DNA of 62,202 nt, filler included, from Nemertoderma westbladi (taxonomy: Eukaryota > Animalia > Xenacoelomorpha), in NCBI GenBank assembly GCA_032718475.1. It is 3 parts of 3 records of this genome, joined end to end, with 100 filler letters (N's around TTAATTAATTAA, not from the genome) between each part and the next. Parts side by side here need not be neighbours in the genome. Positions count along the whole stretch, not along the records: positions 22,652 to 53,143 come from JAUCBJ010001378.1; 2 more parts are not named here. One strand, 5' to 3'. The position numbers were made by a program, and so were the translations under genes. How positions within the stretch are numbered: position 1 is the stretch's first letter; the number at the start of each line of letters is the position of its first letter. Under the pieces are notes generated by a model that was given only the letters and a program-made list of their open reading frames with translations, did no database searches and was not told where the DNA came from. Below, one piece after another: positions 37,541 to 53,143 of the stretch.

Positions 37541-39162
37541 CGAAGAGGTTCACCCCACAGCAATAAAATACACTCCTACAATTACTTTTATTTCAAAATT
37601 GAAACTTTGGTTCACTTCAAGATTCCCAATGAAATCATATTTATTTGCAGATTTGAAGACATTGTATTTAATGTAATTAAATATAATAATATTGTTTTAT
37701 TTCAATAAAAAGTTGTTATTTGCGAATGTGATACTGATTTAATATTATAATTACACTTAGCTTTGCTCTATTGACTGTTGTATGCACATAGAAATCTTCC
37801 TGATTTGGGATCTCCAGTTACGCGGCTCTGGGCTGAGCTCAGTGGCTGTGCGTGCAATAAATTGTGTTATCAGCTAGACATAAAGTAAAGGTAAGCGGTA
37901 TTCTATTGGATATCAGGATCTGGTAGGAATATGCCACTGTTGTAGCCTTATAAGCCGATTGCTACCACTACCGGTTCCCTACTACTGTGTAATCACGGTC
38001 AGCTCATCCCCCTGGCTTCTGCATTAATCGTGTAGAGAACAACGAAAACATTCACTATCATAAAAATATCGATTAAAATATTCCAATAGCAGATAATTTT
38101 GTTAAGATACAGTATAAGAATAACTAAAGTAACTTGGGGTAAGTGGACGCAAATCCCTATCATCACTACTGTTGTATCGATTGTGGATCGACTTGTTGTA
38201 GTATAAGATTAGTCGAGTCAATCTAGCAAAAAAAAACCCAATAGATATTCACAATCAAACAAAACCAAATTTTGTGGGTTCTTTATTATCTTGTCTATAA
38301 ATATAAACCATAACACATAATACAACAACCACTTTTAGGGGGTCGGACCCCCCCCCCCCCCCAAATTTTTCTACAAATCTTAACGAGATTGCATGAAATT
38401 TGAAACATAGATAGTTTCACCTCCCTCCTCCTTGCTGGGTGAGCCAGAATTTTTATTTTTGCTTTCAATCTTTAGCTACAAGCGTTCATTTTTACAAGCA
38501 TTCGTTACAAATTTTAACATTTTTCGCTTATGACACATGTCCTGTATCACAATCCCTAATTTTTCACTGATTTGTCTTATTTTTACAAAAATACCCTGGC
38601 ATTTGCCTGGCATTTCAGCGCCCCTGGGTGAGTGCGCCCGGGAGAACATCCCCCCCCCCCCTCGCTACGCTTATGGGGAAAGTAGCAGTGTCCCTATATG
38701 CTTGACTCTGTCCGCTGGCTATACAGTTCATCCCAGGCTTGCCAGGATCGACGGTATACAGTAGTGTTGTGATGGCAAATTAATCATTTTCGTCCAATCC
38801 GGTCCCACCCCTGTTTGGACTCAGACGGTAACCTGGTGTTCTGCACTATCGCCAAGTTCCAATAGCGTGAAGTTGCACCAAGTTTATTGCGACTTTTTTT
38901 CATAACCTGTGACTTTTTCGCTACCTTTTGATTTTCTACAATTTTTCATAACCTTTGATTGTATTTTTTCACAGAGTGTTTTTAGCATAACGAAACAACG
39001 AAAAATACTGTTGTATTTTTCTGTATATTTTGGATTATATTTGATTGTATTATTTTTGAGGCTATACTTTGGATCCTAACGGACCCAAAGCACCCCTCAC
39101 CCGGTTTCTCTTTTTCCTCACCCAGAGGTTTTTCTATGGTGTTACAGTACACTATCATGGGC

Positions 39163-39410
39163 TCAGGTAAAAGATAGACCTGGAAATACTACCTGATACC
39201 TTGTATGTCCGCTTAGCGAGTTTACCTCCTCATGGCCTCCCATCTGTCAATACCATCATCTACTGCCACTGGGCTCAACCCTATTGTACTTGGCCGTCTT
39301 TAACCACTTCCAATCACAACCTTCACAACCGCAAATGAAAGGGTTGTGTATTAACCATGAACCATCACGGCCACAATGATTAATTATACACTCAACTAGG
39401 TACTAATTTA
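39163..39410. repeat. Dispersed repeat (second copy 47626-47832)
   Basis: Both start GGCTCAGGTAAAAGATAGACCTGGAAATACTA and stay alignable for ~200 bp. Confidence 0.8.
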
Positions 39411-39729
39411 GTTTATGTATTATTATTATTTTTATATTTCCATAGCGCCAAATTTACATGAAAACACCCTGTGGTGCTTAGACTTCTTTTCAACTCTTAA
39501 GTTTCTATTTAAAAAGTTCAAAGCTGTCACCGCAGAGGTCGTCTTTGTACCATACCGTCCCTTGCAAGTAAGGGTACATGTCGCGTCTCTCTTATAGACA
39601 ACAAGTTTTGTGTTATTGGTCCTAAATTATTAACACCATCCCAAAACATATAAGATTCTTGACTATACCCCTCTTAAACTCCTGAATACCCCTTTTTGAG
39701 AATAATCTGGTGTAGGTTTGCCCTGTTGG

Positions 39730-41575
39730 GTAACGTTTGGTTTGCCACACTAAGTCATCAGCAAAGTCTAGATCAGTAAAATAATTTGCTGGATTTCCTC
39801 TACTTCTTGTGCCAGTAGGGGGTGTTACCGTAACTCCATATTCATTAGGATAGTCTAAGGACATGCGTAGAAAATAATAAACCACAATTATGAATAATTA
39901 TGGTGCAAGTGTGTCACCCTGTGAAGGATTCCCCATAAGACTTAGAATGGATCTGTGTCACCATCAGCCAGTAGAGACAATTGTGGTGGAACCATCATAC
40001 ACTGATGTGATAACTACAATAAATTCGTCAGCAATCTCATATGCTGCCAATATGCTGAACATGCGTGGTCGGGAGACTGAGTCGAAGGCGTTAATGCAGT
40101 TAACAAAGATAATAGCCAGTTGTCTGTCTTTCTTTATAGATACTACTACTACGTCCAGCGAACTCGGACAGTGGAAAGGAGATCCTTCCAGGCTCCCCGA
40201 TTCTCCAAAGCTTATGCAATCGACTACGCTTTCCATGTGTTGGTTGCCAGAAAAGTAGATCTGGTATGGCCTCGTCTTTACTTCTCAAGCAGTGCCCACT
40301 GAATCTTAATCTGCGTGCACGGAGAGTGGTTGATAGAGGTGGTTATAGTATCATACATCTGTTTAAAATCAATACAAACTATGAATGAAAGATAGCCCAT
40401 TCAATTCTGGACAAAATGAGAACTCAAATTAAACGAAAAGAGTAAACAGATTGGAAGATATGAGCGTATTAGACAAAAGACAAAAACATGCCAAATGTTA
40501 CCCTCCCCTAGTCTTGTCTAGCAACCATCAATTCGTTGTTCAAGTGATTTTGTCAGTGCCCATGTCTCACCCCCATATAAAAATACACTTTCCACTGTGG
40601 CTCGAAAGAACTTAAGTCTTCAGGTGCCTGGAGAGATCTGATTTCCAGATGGTATCCATTTTTTATAGAGCTACCCAAGCCTTTGCTTTCCTAACTTATA
40701 TGTATTTTTTGCTACTCTCTATCCATGACCAAAGGTACTGGAAGTCGTCAACCTAAACGTCATGAATTCGGTCTTGGTAGCATTTATATGCAATACACTT
40801 TATTCAGAAAGCAAGCAAACAGTCGACCAAAGCCTGAGGCGACCCGAAGACTCCTCTTTCGATAGCTGCTGCTCGAGGGTAGGGGTGGGCGCTACTCCTA
40901 TCCCAAGATTTGCTCCCAGTTATTTAACTGGGACTCAATTTATCGACCCCAGTGGATGAAAGGCTGAGTGGACCCGGGCGGGACTGAACCTACAACCAAT
41001 AGATTGCAGGCCCGATTGCAGAACTCATTTTCACAATCTGGTGAGAGTACCTGAGCTTCTGTGTCACAATATAACAATCCAATGCCAGCCACACTTACCT
41101 CTGGTATTCCACAAGCTCTTAAGATTTCCAGCATTTTACCTCTATGGATGGAGTCGAATGCTTTCTTGAAGTCCACAAATGTCGGGACTGCACGGAGATT
41201 CTTTGACTTAATTCCCTCAATCAGTCTCCGTAGCGCAAGTATCTCAGCTATTGTTTATATACTTGGTCGAAGTCCGTTTTGGCTTTTATGCAGCAGATTC
41301 TCTATGGGAGATCTAATTCTATATAGAATCATTTTGTTGTATATTTTGGCCTGCTTCACTGATAAATCTTCGATTATCCTTCTAAGTGCCAGAATAAGCT
41401 TCATGGTCCCACGACCTTTACGGAACCCATTTTGGTTCCCACATAACAGTCTATAAACAGGATCCCTGATGCGATTTAATAGAATTCTTTTGTATAGCTT
41501 TGCAGCAATCGAGATTAACGAGATTCCACGAAAAGATCCACGGGTTGTTAGGTTGCCCTTCTTTGGTGCTGGGAA
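39730..41575 (-). mobile_element. Cluster of rearranged, degenerate RTE LINE fragments
   Basis: TDLDFADDL, AFDSVSR, DFKKAFDSIHR, RGISLISIAAKLY and NQNGFRKGR in non-colinear pieces. Confidence 0.8.
40810..41020 (-). mobile_element. SINE with a conserved central domain (Nin/Meta-type), inserted among RTE fragments
   Basis: Minus strand GGTTGTAGGTTCAGTCCC (box B-like) then ACTCAGCCTTTCATCC..GGGGTCGATAAATTGAGT.CCAG, recalled as a widespread SINE superfamily core. Confidence 0.6.
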
Positions 41576-44407
41576 CAACTTATTTGTTTTTATTTCTTGA
41601 GGGACTCTCTTTGTGCTATACATGGCCACAATAATGAGGTCAGATTTCACTTTTAATGAAATCTAGTTAGTCTGTTAGTCTGTCTGTCTGTCTTTCTGAC
41701 TATTAGACAATATGTCCGTTAAGTATAAGAAAAATGCACACCATGTAGCTAAAAATGTAGTTATATGGGTTTTCATGGTCGCCGAATTCATTTCGAGTGT
41801 TAGATTTAACATTATGACTTCCAAATTGTCTGAAGACAGAAAATACGAGGCTTAATTTGAATACTGATATCAGAAATGAAGTGACGGACCAATAAAACCC
41901 ATATAGGATTTTTTTTAGACAGATATGATGTTTTCTATTGTTTTGGAAACATAATGACGGACAGAATGCTATATCTGGAGAAGTAGGGCAGAATTGGCTA
42001 AACGGTTTTCATATTTGGAATCTATATAAAAATCTGCTCTAGGTGAAATAGAGAAAAAATTTGAAAGCCAGTACAAATTAATTCAATTAAATTAATGGCA
42101 AATTCAGTATTATTATTTGGATAAAATGATCATCTTGTAAACCAATTGTACGTAGGGGCCTATTATGTTAATAATTAAGTAATATTACCCAAGTAATAAT
42201 GGCTAATGTCGATTAGATATATTACTTATTAATCGTTAATGGTAATATTAATAATCGACATTACCCATGTACAGGAAGACAGAAATACTGACTATATAAC
42301 TAATGGAGCGCATACTAAGTGATGTTAATAATGAAAATAAAAAGTTAAGTGTTCAAAAAAACAATAAAGTTGCCCCCAATAAAATAAAGCGTACTACAAA
42401 CGAAAATCAAATTGAACTATGCCAAATACTTAAGATTACTAGATAATAATAGATAGTATAATATATGAATTAAATAAAAGTAATAATACTGACCACATTC
42501 CTCTCACTGATAATCATAACTAAATACAAATTATTAAAATATTAATTCTCGCGGTAGCGAATCAAATAAAGTGGGACAGAAAGAAAGATAAAATAAAATT
42601 ATTTACTCAAAATCTTAGATGAAAAATATGTACACCAAAAATATTCCATATTCATCTAAAGCACATTTAGGCGCGAGCCTCTTTGATTACCAAATCATTT
42701 ATTATAAATTCAATATGATTAATAATTAATATAACTTATTTATAAATAAATTACATACCTAAAATGTACGCATGTCCGCAACACAAATAATTGCACTGCT
42801 AAAAGGACCATTAATAAATACTCAATTATATTATTGTTAATTAATAGCTATTAACAACATTTTACAAGATTAAACAAAGTGCCGGTCCACCCGAAAAGCA
42901 CCAGACTTGCGCCCAACTGCGCACTTATGTGCGCACATTGCGCACATAACGATACAACTCAAGAAAACCTGTGGAAATAAAGCCGTCAAGTTGTTGATTA
43001 AAATTAAATTCGCTTATAAATGTGACTTGAACAACCTTTGCCACAATTACCGCGACAATTTTAAAACGATACTTTTTATGTCTTTACACACTGAAATTTT
43101 TCTAAGTATGTTTTAATTATTTTTATGATAATAAATCAATAAATCAATCAAAACGATATAACATTTATTAGCATTTTGATTGGTTGTTAACCCAAAGATT
43201 GACTAAAAAATTCAAAATCTCTCCAATGAAAATGTCTGAGATATTCCATGGAGAGAGTAAACTCAAATCGATAGGATATTATTGAATGTTTACAAATGAA
43301 AACGCTTTGGATAAAAAGATTTCAGTTCGATATCTACAACTGAACTCTTTGTATTCTAATTTTTATATCAAGCAGTATGATCAAAAGGAACTAAATAATG
43401 AGTTGGTTGCTATGACTCCCTTTTATTCATATCTGCGGCACACTAGCTACATTTCCACCAATATTGAAAAGGAAATAAAACCGTGACAAATAATGATCTA
43501 CTCGATACAAAAACAAACACCGCATTCTAAGTGTCATTAAATATTACAATGAAATATTATAATGTGGATTTAGCAAATTGTTTAAAAATGTTGGCCATAG
43601 AAAAAGTTTAGTTAAGTACTAATTTGTTACGTAAATAATAAAGATACCATGCACTTATACTTCTATAAAACCAGTTCCAATAACAAATATTTCACTACAA
43701 AACATATAAAATAATCAGCTAAGACTAAACAACCCTCTGTGCCATTCGCATCTCAAAAATAGACTTTCATAAAATGTTTAAAAAAAATACTATTAAAAAA
43801 AATTATCAATCATTGTTATGTAATAATTATCAGTGAATTTGTTTGAATAGGCCTAAAACAATTAGAATTATTATTTAATGTTCAAACTAAATACCATTTT
43901 ATAATTAACCTCAACATTATTATAAAAATGTTATAAACTAGTTTATTTGACTCTGTAATCAACAATCAACATAACAATGATACACTGGTAAGCTAGGGGT
44001 TATAGTTTATCGCTATATGATTTTACCAAAAGTTCTTTCATTTATTTATAATATTCACGATTAAATACTCAGCCTTAAATCATTAATAAAGACCTCTGGA
44101 TGGATCGGTTCACATAAAATGAATTTTCAAATCGTATTCTTGACATAATAGTAGTAATTGTTAATAAAGTAAATTTAAAATTGCAAAGGTTTACGGGCTA
44201 AAGTATTATGCTGCAAACTAAAAAACCAGGCCTACCATGTTACTACCGTAGGTTCATCTCATATTAAAAATTCGTAGAACAATATTAAATAAGAGGCACA
44301 TACCATACGATTACATAAAATGCTTCATATTATAGGCGTTTGGAAGTTTATGAAATAATTGAACGAAAAATAGCGATGACATTAACCCCGGCGGACCTAT
44401 CATAAGC

Positions 44408-44443
44408 GATTGGGGATTGGCTACTTCTAGTAACCATAGTAAC
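44408..44443 (-). promoter_or_regulatory. Candidate RFX X-box with two adjacent CCAAT boxes
   Basis: GTAACCATAGTAAC at 44430-44443 fits GTNRCC(N0-3)RGYAAC; GATTGG occurs twice at 44408-44420, in a repeat-free, more GC-rich patch. Confidence 0.35.
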
Positions 44444-47400
44444 AAAGACCATCGCCGAATCCGGCGTGTCATTGGCAGTTTATATTGACTTGAGTTAATA
44501 TGCCGGTCGGTTCACACAGTTGGGGTTGATAAATGTGTCACCGCGATCAATTAAGTGAGAGTGTGATGGTACAAAGGTGACCGCCAGGTTAATTAGATAC
44601 AGCCCAGTCACATCGATGTGGCAATAGAGCACAGACGAGGGGGGGGGGGGGGGGGGGGGGGGTAAATACATCGCCTCACATCCAACCCCCAGTTAGTTTA
44701 TGAAACATTTCCTCATCCAGGGTTTCGTTTTTATCTTTGGACCTCAGCGATAGGAAAATATAGCCGCCAATTAATTCGTGAATGACTTTGATGTTGGCGA
44801 TGGGACTGGCGAAGAACACGTCTTCGTCCTCAAACTGAATGCACATCTCGCGGACCTGGAAGTCAAATTAAGAGCTAAATATTGTACCGGAGAAAGGATT
44901 CCCTTTCCATACCGCTATTGAGAAAATACGAAACGATACAAACAATCCTAGATACCACACAAATTAAAAAATCTATTTTTGTCGGATTACTTTTTAACTT
45001 ATTATACAAAGTTTCTACTATTAAATCAGAAACAATAGCAAATAATATAGTTGAGATACTTAGGGAAGCTGCAGTACTCCAGCTTCCCTAAGTATCTTAA
45101 CTAAACTACTTTATTTATATTATATTTAATTATTGTTAAGCAACGAATAGTCTAGAGTTTTAGATACGTCATGTTGCTTATAAAAATCATTACAGGATGG
45201 ACACATGCTTTAGTTTCCTAATGTTTATACAAAGGCAGTTGCAACATTTCAACAATATATATTATTCTAATTCTTTCCACCAATTCTTTCTGAACGACGT
45301 ATAATTTTACATATTTTGATAAAAAATAAAAAATATATAGACATTATTTTTTGCGAGTTTGGAGTTAAAGAGATACTCAAGCATAAAATACAAAAGTTTA
45401 GTATGCATTCTAACCTCCCAGTTAACATGCCACGCTTTCATACTGCTATATCTCCATGTTTTTAGCGTGCATTCTCCATTCAAGTCAAGACGTATCAAAC
45501 GGTCGTAGGCTATCCCCAATAGTTCTTGCTGCAACAAAAATATAAAAATGTAAGTCCTGTGTTTGTACAGTAAGTATATAAGTATTAGTATAATTGTCTG
45601 CTTATTTATTCGGCCTAGTAGTGCACTGTATGGCACGAACCACAAACTTCGTGTATTGAGTATACGTAATGTATGAATACGAGTTGAACCATTGATATGG
45701 CTGCGTGGAGGACCTTCAGTAGTGTTTTATAAGTTAGTTAAAGCGGACAATTCGTGTGGTTCCAGGTGGTTTTTATGTTGGAATACGCATCTCAACACAT
45801 AAAACCACATAATATCAACGAAAACAACAAACAGACCAACTAACTTATTGATTGTCATGCATGGACTAAAATCGGGGGGGGGGGGGGGGGGGGGGGGTGC
45901 GTTGTCAGGGACAAACATCGATTTCAAGCAAAAAAGCAAGCTCTGCCTAAAATACATTCAAGGATGAAGTGTTAAAGAATTAGACCATAAAAGAAATCAA
46001 TCAGCTAAAATCTTTACCAGATGTACCATATTATGTATAAATGTTCCAAATTATCAGCGATTACTAAATACCAGTTTGAATTTTTTGTTTAAAAATTCAA
46101 GCAAAGTAAGGTTTGTAAACACTATGCTAAAAATCGAAAGCAGACAACCGACAACCGATAACCACAGAGCCGATAACACTAGTAAAAGAAAAGGGAAATG
46201 AGCAGGTTATTCTAACCAAAACAATAAGTGACGGTCTGCTATTGGCGCTGCATTTACACCCTGAAAGTGGTTTTCATATAGTAGTTTTCCTGTTCTGTTG
46301 TAATAAAACAACACAAATTAAATATAGACTAACATAGAACCTACAATTATAACTCTAGGGATACATATAGGTAAGATACAGTGAGGTTGGGAACTCATTC
46401 GCAGTAAAAGACACCATTAACGAAAATAAACAGAGAAACTCCTACGTATAACAAGTTTATCTTGCCACATGCTAATTCTAACAAATAAAATGACTAACCC
46501 GGAAAATATTTGTCCGTCTACGAAACTACAGCAGAGATGCATTAAAAACAATAGATATAATAAATAAAAATAACTCAAAAGTCAAGTTTAAAATATCATT
46601 TTCACTTTACTTATTTTGGTGAGCAGAAATGCTAAAATTTATGTGAAAGCTTTTATCTTACCTCAGAATTATTGCTGCTTTTGTTATGTAACCCGGACTT
46701 ATAATGAAATTCCGATAACAATAATAAAGTTTGGTTGTTATTTTTGAAATTGAAAATAGGAAAAGTCAGCATTTCTGAGGGAAAATAAGGGCTCGCCGCG
46801 AAACGCCAAAGTTAAAGTAAGTAAGTGGAGCAATTGCATGAAAAAGTGTTGGCTGTACACTTTATTACTCATGACGAAATCCATAGATAATTGTATTCCA
46901 TTGGAAGGGGAAACGATTATGCTAGCTAGCGCTCCTACCAGTCATTAAACGAAATGGGGCTATTGCGCAGCACATGCGACTACTTTATGCAAAGTATGAA
47001 CTCAAAATAACTATAAATAATCAAATTATAGGCAGATTTTCTCCGATCTATTATGCCCTCTAGAGGCAAACTGGGTTTCTACAGCCTGGTCAACCTTACG
47101 AACATAGCGTAAGGTCTACAAAAAAAACTACCAGGTATAATAAAAAAGGATTACAAACAATAGGAAATGGCAGAGGGTTTTCATCCGGCGGCAGACAAGA
47201 GTAGTTAGTGTAGAAGGATCAGCGTCATGACAATGACACAGCCAGTGTTCTAGTACACATGGTGTGGACAGTATATATCTGACGAGACGAAGACGGTGAC
47301 GATAATAACGGCGACAACTATATGCAATACATTTATGCTGTGGGCTCGTCCCACATAATGTTAGTTCATGGTATTCAATTGGATTACATCATAAATTTAA

Positions 47401-47526
47401 AAATTTTGAACATCAAATAGGCCTTTATGACAATATTATAATCTCAGGTAGACATTCCGAATAATTTAATTATTTTATTATTGGGGTTATGGGTGAATGA
47501 GTGGTTTAATATTATTAAAACTTAGG

Positions 47527-47627
47527 GTTGGGCACAGCTTTTTGCAAAGTCGGCAATGACGTCCAGGTGGGATCAAACAGGTGACCCCCGGGTTGGAAGT
47601 CTGACGCTCTAACCATTCAGCTAGCGG
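47527..47627 (-). mobile_element. tRNA-derived SINE (family C), partial; inverted fragment at 47853-47899
   Basis: Minus strand TAGCTGAATGGTTAGAGCG (box A) and GTTTGATCC (box B); body CCTGGACGTCATTGCCGACTTTGCAAAA..GCTGTGCCCAAC recurs inverted. Confidence 0.6.
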
Positions 47628-48294
47628 CTCAGGTAAAAGATAGACCTGGAAATACTATCTGATACCTTGTATGTCCGCAATTTATCTCATAATGGCATCC
47701 ATCTGTCAATACCATCATATGCTGCCACTGTTCTCAACTCTACAGTACTTGGCCGTCTTTAACCACTCGCTACAATCAAAGGGTAGAGTATCACGGCTAC
47801 AATTACTAATTACACACTCTAACTACTAATTTAGGTCGATGAACAAACCTCCTGGACGTCATTGCCGACTTTGCAAAACAGCAAAAGCTGTGCCCAACAA
47901 AAAGTTATAATTTAATTAATGGTAGTTAGCTTGAGGAAAACTGGAAGCCAACTTCCATTCCCAACGATACTTTCCATTTTATCATCACGTCAAATCACAT
48001 TAACCAATCAATCAATCAATAACAATTGCGGACGAGCATTGTAAAGCCGCAGTCATATAACTCCAAAAAGTAAATCACAGCACCCGTAATGGTTATTGTG
48101 TCAGCAGGTGAAGGCCAAGTTTGACGTTTGAATGGTAAGAAAACGAGCCGCGACCATGGTATCTGCGGCTTAATCAGAATATTAGGTAACCCTGGGCAAT
48201 GTGGGCATGTAGGGATAAATTAAAATTACAGATTCTCCAAACGTTTAATAAAGCTTACACGGTCGTGGGGTCTTCGCGCAGCACGATCACAAAA

Positions 48295-50700
48295 TCGGTT
48301 ACGGTTACTAATCGTGTACACGTACGGTTACACGGTTACACGGGTACGGTTACTAATCGGTGTACACGGTTACTAATCGGTGTACACGGTTACTAATCGG
48401 TGTACACGGTTACTAATCGGTGTACACGGTTACTAATCGGTGTACACGGTTACTAATCGGTGTACACGGTTACTAATCGGTGTACACGGTTACTAATCGG
48501 TGTACACGGTTACGGTTACTAATCGGTGTACACGGTTACGGTTACTAATCGGTGTACACGGTTACGGTTACTAATCGGTGTACACGGTTACGGTTACTAA
48601 TCGGTGTACACGGTTACTAATAGGTATACACGGTTACTAATCGGTGTACACGGTTACTAATCGGTGTACACGGTTACTAATCGGTGTACACGGTTACTAA
48701 TCGGTGTACACGGTTACTAATAGGTGTACACGGCTACTAATCGCGTCCGTACACGGTTCACGGTTACTAATCGGTGTTCACGGTTACTAATAGGTGTACA
48801 CGGTTACTAATCTGTGTATACGGTTACTAATCGGTGTGCAAGGTTACTAATCGGTGTACTGTACACGGTTACTAATCGGTCTACACGGTTACTAATCGGT
48901 GTACACGGTTACTAATCAGTGTACACGGTTACTAATCGGTGTACACGGTTACTAATCGGTGTACACGGTTACTAATCGGTGTACATGGTTACTAATCGGT
49001 GTCACACGGTTACTAATCGGTGTACACAGTTCCTAATCGGTGTACACGGTTACTAATCGGTGTACACGGTTACTAATCGGTGTACACGGTTACGAATCAG
49101 TGTATACGGTTACTAATCGGTGTACACGGGTACGGTTACTAATCGGTGTACACGGGTACGGTTACTAATCGGTGTATACGGGTACGGTTACTAATCGGTG
49201 TACACGGGTACGGTTACTAATCGGTGTACACGGGTACGGTTACTAATCGGTGTACACGGGTACGGTTACTAATCGGTGTACACGGTTACTAATCGGTGTA
49301 CACGGATACTAATCGGTATACACGGTTACTAATAAGTGTACACGATTACTAATCGGTGTTCACGGTTACTAATCGGTGTACACGGTTACAGTTACTAATC
49401 GGTGTACACGGTTACGGTTACTAATCGGTGTACACGGTTACGGTTACTAATCGGTGTACACGGTTGCTAATCGGTGTACACGGTTACTAATCGGTGTACA
49501 CGGTTACTAATCGGTGTACACGGCTACTAATCGGTGTACACGGTTACGGTTACTAATCGGTGTACACGGTTACGGTTACTAATCGGTGTACACGGTTACT
49601 AATCGGTGTACACGGTTACTAATAGGTGTACACGGCTACTAATCGGTGTACACGGTTACGGTTACTAATCGGTGTTCACGGTTACTAATAGGTGTACACG
49701 GTTACTAATCGGTGTACACGGTTACTAATCGGTGTACACGGTTACTAATCGGTGTACACGGTTACTAATCGGTGTACACGGTTACTAATCGGTGTACACG
49801 GTTACTAATCGGTGTACACGGTTACTAATCGGTGTACACGGTTACTAATCGGTGTACACGGTTACTAATCGGTGTACACGGTTACTAATCGGTGTACACG
49901 GTTACTAATCGGTGTACACAGTTCCTAATCGGTGTACACGGTTACTAATCGGTGTACACGGTTACTAATCGGTGTACACGGTTACTAATCAGTGTATACG
50001 GTTACTAATCTGTGTAGACGGTTACGGTTACTAATCGATGTACACAGTTACTAATCGGTGTACACGGTTACTAATCGGTGTACACGGTTACTAATCGGTA
50101 TACACGGTTACTAATCGAATCGGTATACACGGTTACGGTTACTAATCGGTGTACACGGTTACTAATCGGTGTACACGGTTACTAATCGGTGTACACGGTT
50201 ACTAATCGGTGTACACGGTCGGTTACTAATCGGTGTACACGGTTACGGTTACTAATCGGTGTACACGGTTGCTAATCGGTGTACACGGTTACTAATCGGT
50301 GTACACGGTTACTAATCGGTGTACACGGCTACTAATCGGTGTACACGGTTACGGTTACTAATCGGTGTACTACGGTTACTAATCGGTGTACACGGTTACT
50401 AATCGGTGTACACGGTTTCTAATCGGTGTACACGGCTACTAATCGGTGTACACGGTTACGGTTACTAATCGGTGTTCACGGTTACTAATCGGTGTACACG
50501 GTTACTAATCGGTGTACACGGTTACTAATCGGTGTACACGGTTACTAATCGGTGTACACGGTTACTAATCGGTGTACACGGTTACTAATCGGTGTACACC
50601 GTTACTAATCGGTCTACACGGTTACTAATTGGTGTACACGTTTACTAATCTATGTGCAAGGTTACGAATTGATGTGCACAGTTACAAAATAGGTGCACAG
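48295..50700. repeat. Satellite, 20-bp unit GTTACTAATCGGTGTACACG with 26-bp variants
   Basis: >100 tandem copies, degenerating at the right edge. Confidence 0.97.
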
Positions 50701-50837
50701 TTTTAAACTGTAGCGACTGTTACAAATCAGAGTACTCAGTTATAAATAGCAGTGCCCAGATACGAATCTGAGGTACCCGCTTACGACTGAGTTATCGATG
50801 CGAATATTATTAATCACAGACGTATAGGATGTATGGC

Positions 50838-51366
50838 CATGTCTAGGATCTAAGCACATGTCTAGGATCTAAGTACGTGTCTAAGATCTAAGTACATGTC
50901 TAGGATCTAAGTACGTGTCTAGGATCTAAGTACGTGTCTAAGATCTAAGTACATGTCTAGGATCTAAGTACGTGTCTAGGATCTAAGTACATGTCTAGGA
51001 TCTAAGTACGTGTCTAGGATCTAAGTACGTGTCTAGGATCTAAGTACGTGTCTAGGACCTAAGTACATGTCTAGGATCTAAGTACGTGTCTAAGATCTAA
51101 GTACGTGTCTAAGATCTAAGTACATGTCTAGGATCTAAGTACGTGTCTAGGATCTAAGTACGTGTCTAGGATCTAAGTACGTGTCTAAGATCTAAGTACA
51201 TGTCTAGGATCTAAGTACGTGTCTAGGATCTAAGTACATGTCTAGGATCTAAGTACGTGTCTAAGATCTAAGTACGTGTCTAAGATCTAAGTACATGTCT
51301 AGGATCTAAGTACATGTCTAGGATCTAAGTACGTGTCTAGGATCTAAGTACGTGTCTAGGATCTAA
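50838..51366. repeat. Satellite, 19-bp unit GTCTA(G/A)GATCTAAGTAC(G/A)T
   Basis: About 28 near-perfect tandem copies with two dimorphic sites. Confidence 0.97.
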
Positions 51367-52645
51367 TTTCGCGGTTATAAGTTATTGTGCCTCACAAGGC
51401 TGCTAAAACAGAATATATCCTATTTATTCTCAGGACATAAAAAGTAGGAAATTAGATACACTGCTGGTTATTTGCTCTTCAAAGCTAATAATGTATATAC
51501 CGGTACTCCCAAATCAAATAAATTACAGAAAGGGGTGGCATTGGCAATTCAAACAGTCACATACATTGAACGTTAAAAACGCACCGGGACCCAATGGACT
51601 GGAGCAACTTCTTTCACCCCTCGACCTTTGAGACCTATTTGGCCGGCCCGGTGCAGAGACCTTCTTCCGGGAGATCGGCCTCCGCCCATGTGATGAATAT
51701 CAGCTTTTCACTTTTCGGTCGACTTTTTATTGGAATTTTATACATGAAGTATTTGTATTTTTCCAAATTTATCCCTATTAACCTGTGGTTTTAGTGAAAA
51801 CCTGGTATTCTTCACATGGGGTTAAACTGCAATGCGATACAAAGCGGTCAATAATACATGCTGGGAATTACATTAAAAACACGGTTTTAAATGTCTTATT
51901 TGGAATTGCAGATCCCTGACATACTATATGTGCTCTTCAATGCCGGTCGGTATGGAATATAATATATTTAATAGTGAAAATGAGAAGGTGACTTACTTAT
52001 TTGATAGTAACAATGTGTTGGCAAGCTGTATTTTTCGAGGTGTTTGTTATTATACAATTGCGCCAATAAAAGATAAGTTATTTTCGGTAAAATAAACTTA
52101 TCATTCGAGGTTAAGACCCCTAGATCCCTTCTAAATGTATAATAACTTACTTATTTGGTATTCACCTCAGCGGGGAAGATACCATTGAACTTTACAAGAC
52201 ATAAATGATGAACTCTTGGAATGTGGGCTTACCATCTCTGTCATCAATGGCTACCCACATTTACAAACTAAAACTTTGCACACGCAATTGCACAAACTCC
52301 CACATCTCCTGAACTCCTTGACACCAGAGGAACACTTCTACACCCTTTACTTCCAATCTATATTAAATAATGCTGACGCCTCATATAGTAAAAAAATGGA
52401 TTTGATCCGCGAGTTTACCTCATACTAATATTAATACGCCACGCTACATACACGTTCGTGGGGCGTCGCGCAACACGTGAACTTGAGTAAGTTCGAAACA
52501 AGTTAGATTTGACCTGGAGTGACAAGTTCGAGAGGTATTTGCCCGTAACTTTCAAAAATATTGGAAATTTGTCTTAGTATGCCCGTACAAAATTTGGATG
52601 AAAATTGTTAAAATCTTCAAAAGTTATTTATGAATGAATTTTTTA

Positions 52646-53143
<498 letters not shown>

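Noticed and set aside
48295-51366. Regular short repeats resembling a CRISPR array
   Set aside because: Units are contiguous with no unique spacers, there are no cas genes, and the context is eukaryotic; these are satellites.
51640-51690. GGCCGGC...GATCGGCC resembling HDV-like ribozyme P1
   Set aside because: The P1.1 GG, P4, catalytic J4/2 and P2 partner could not be built.
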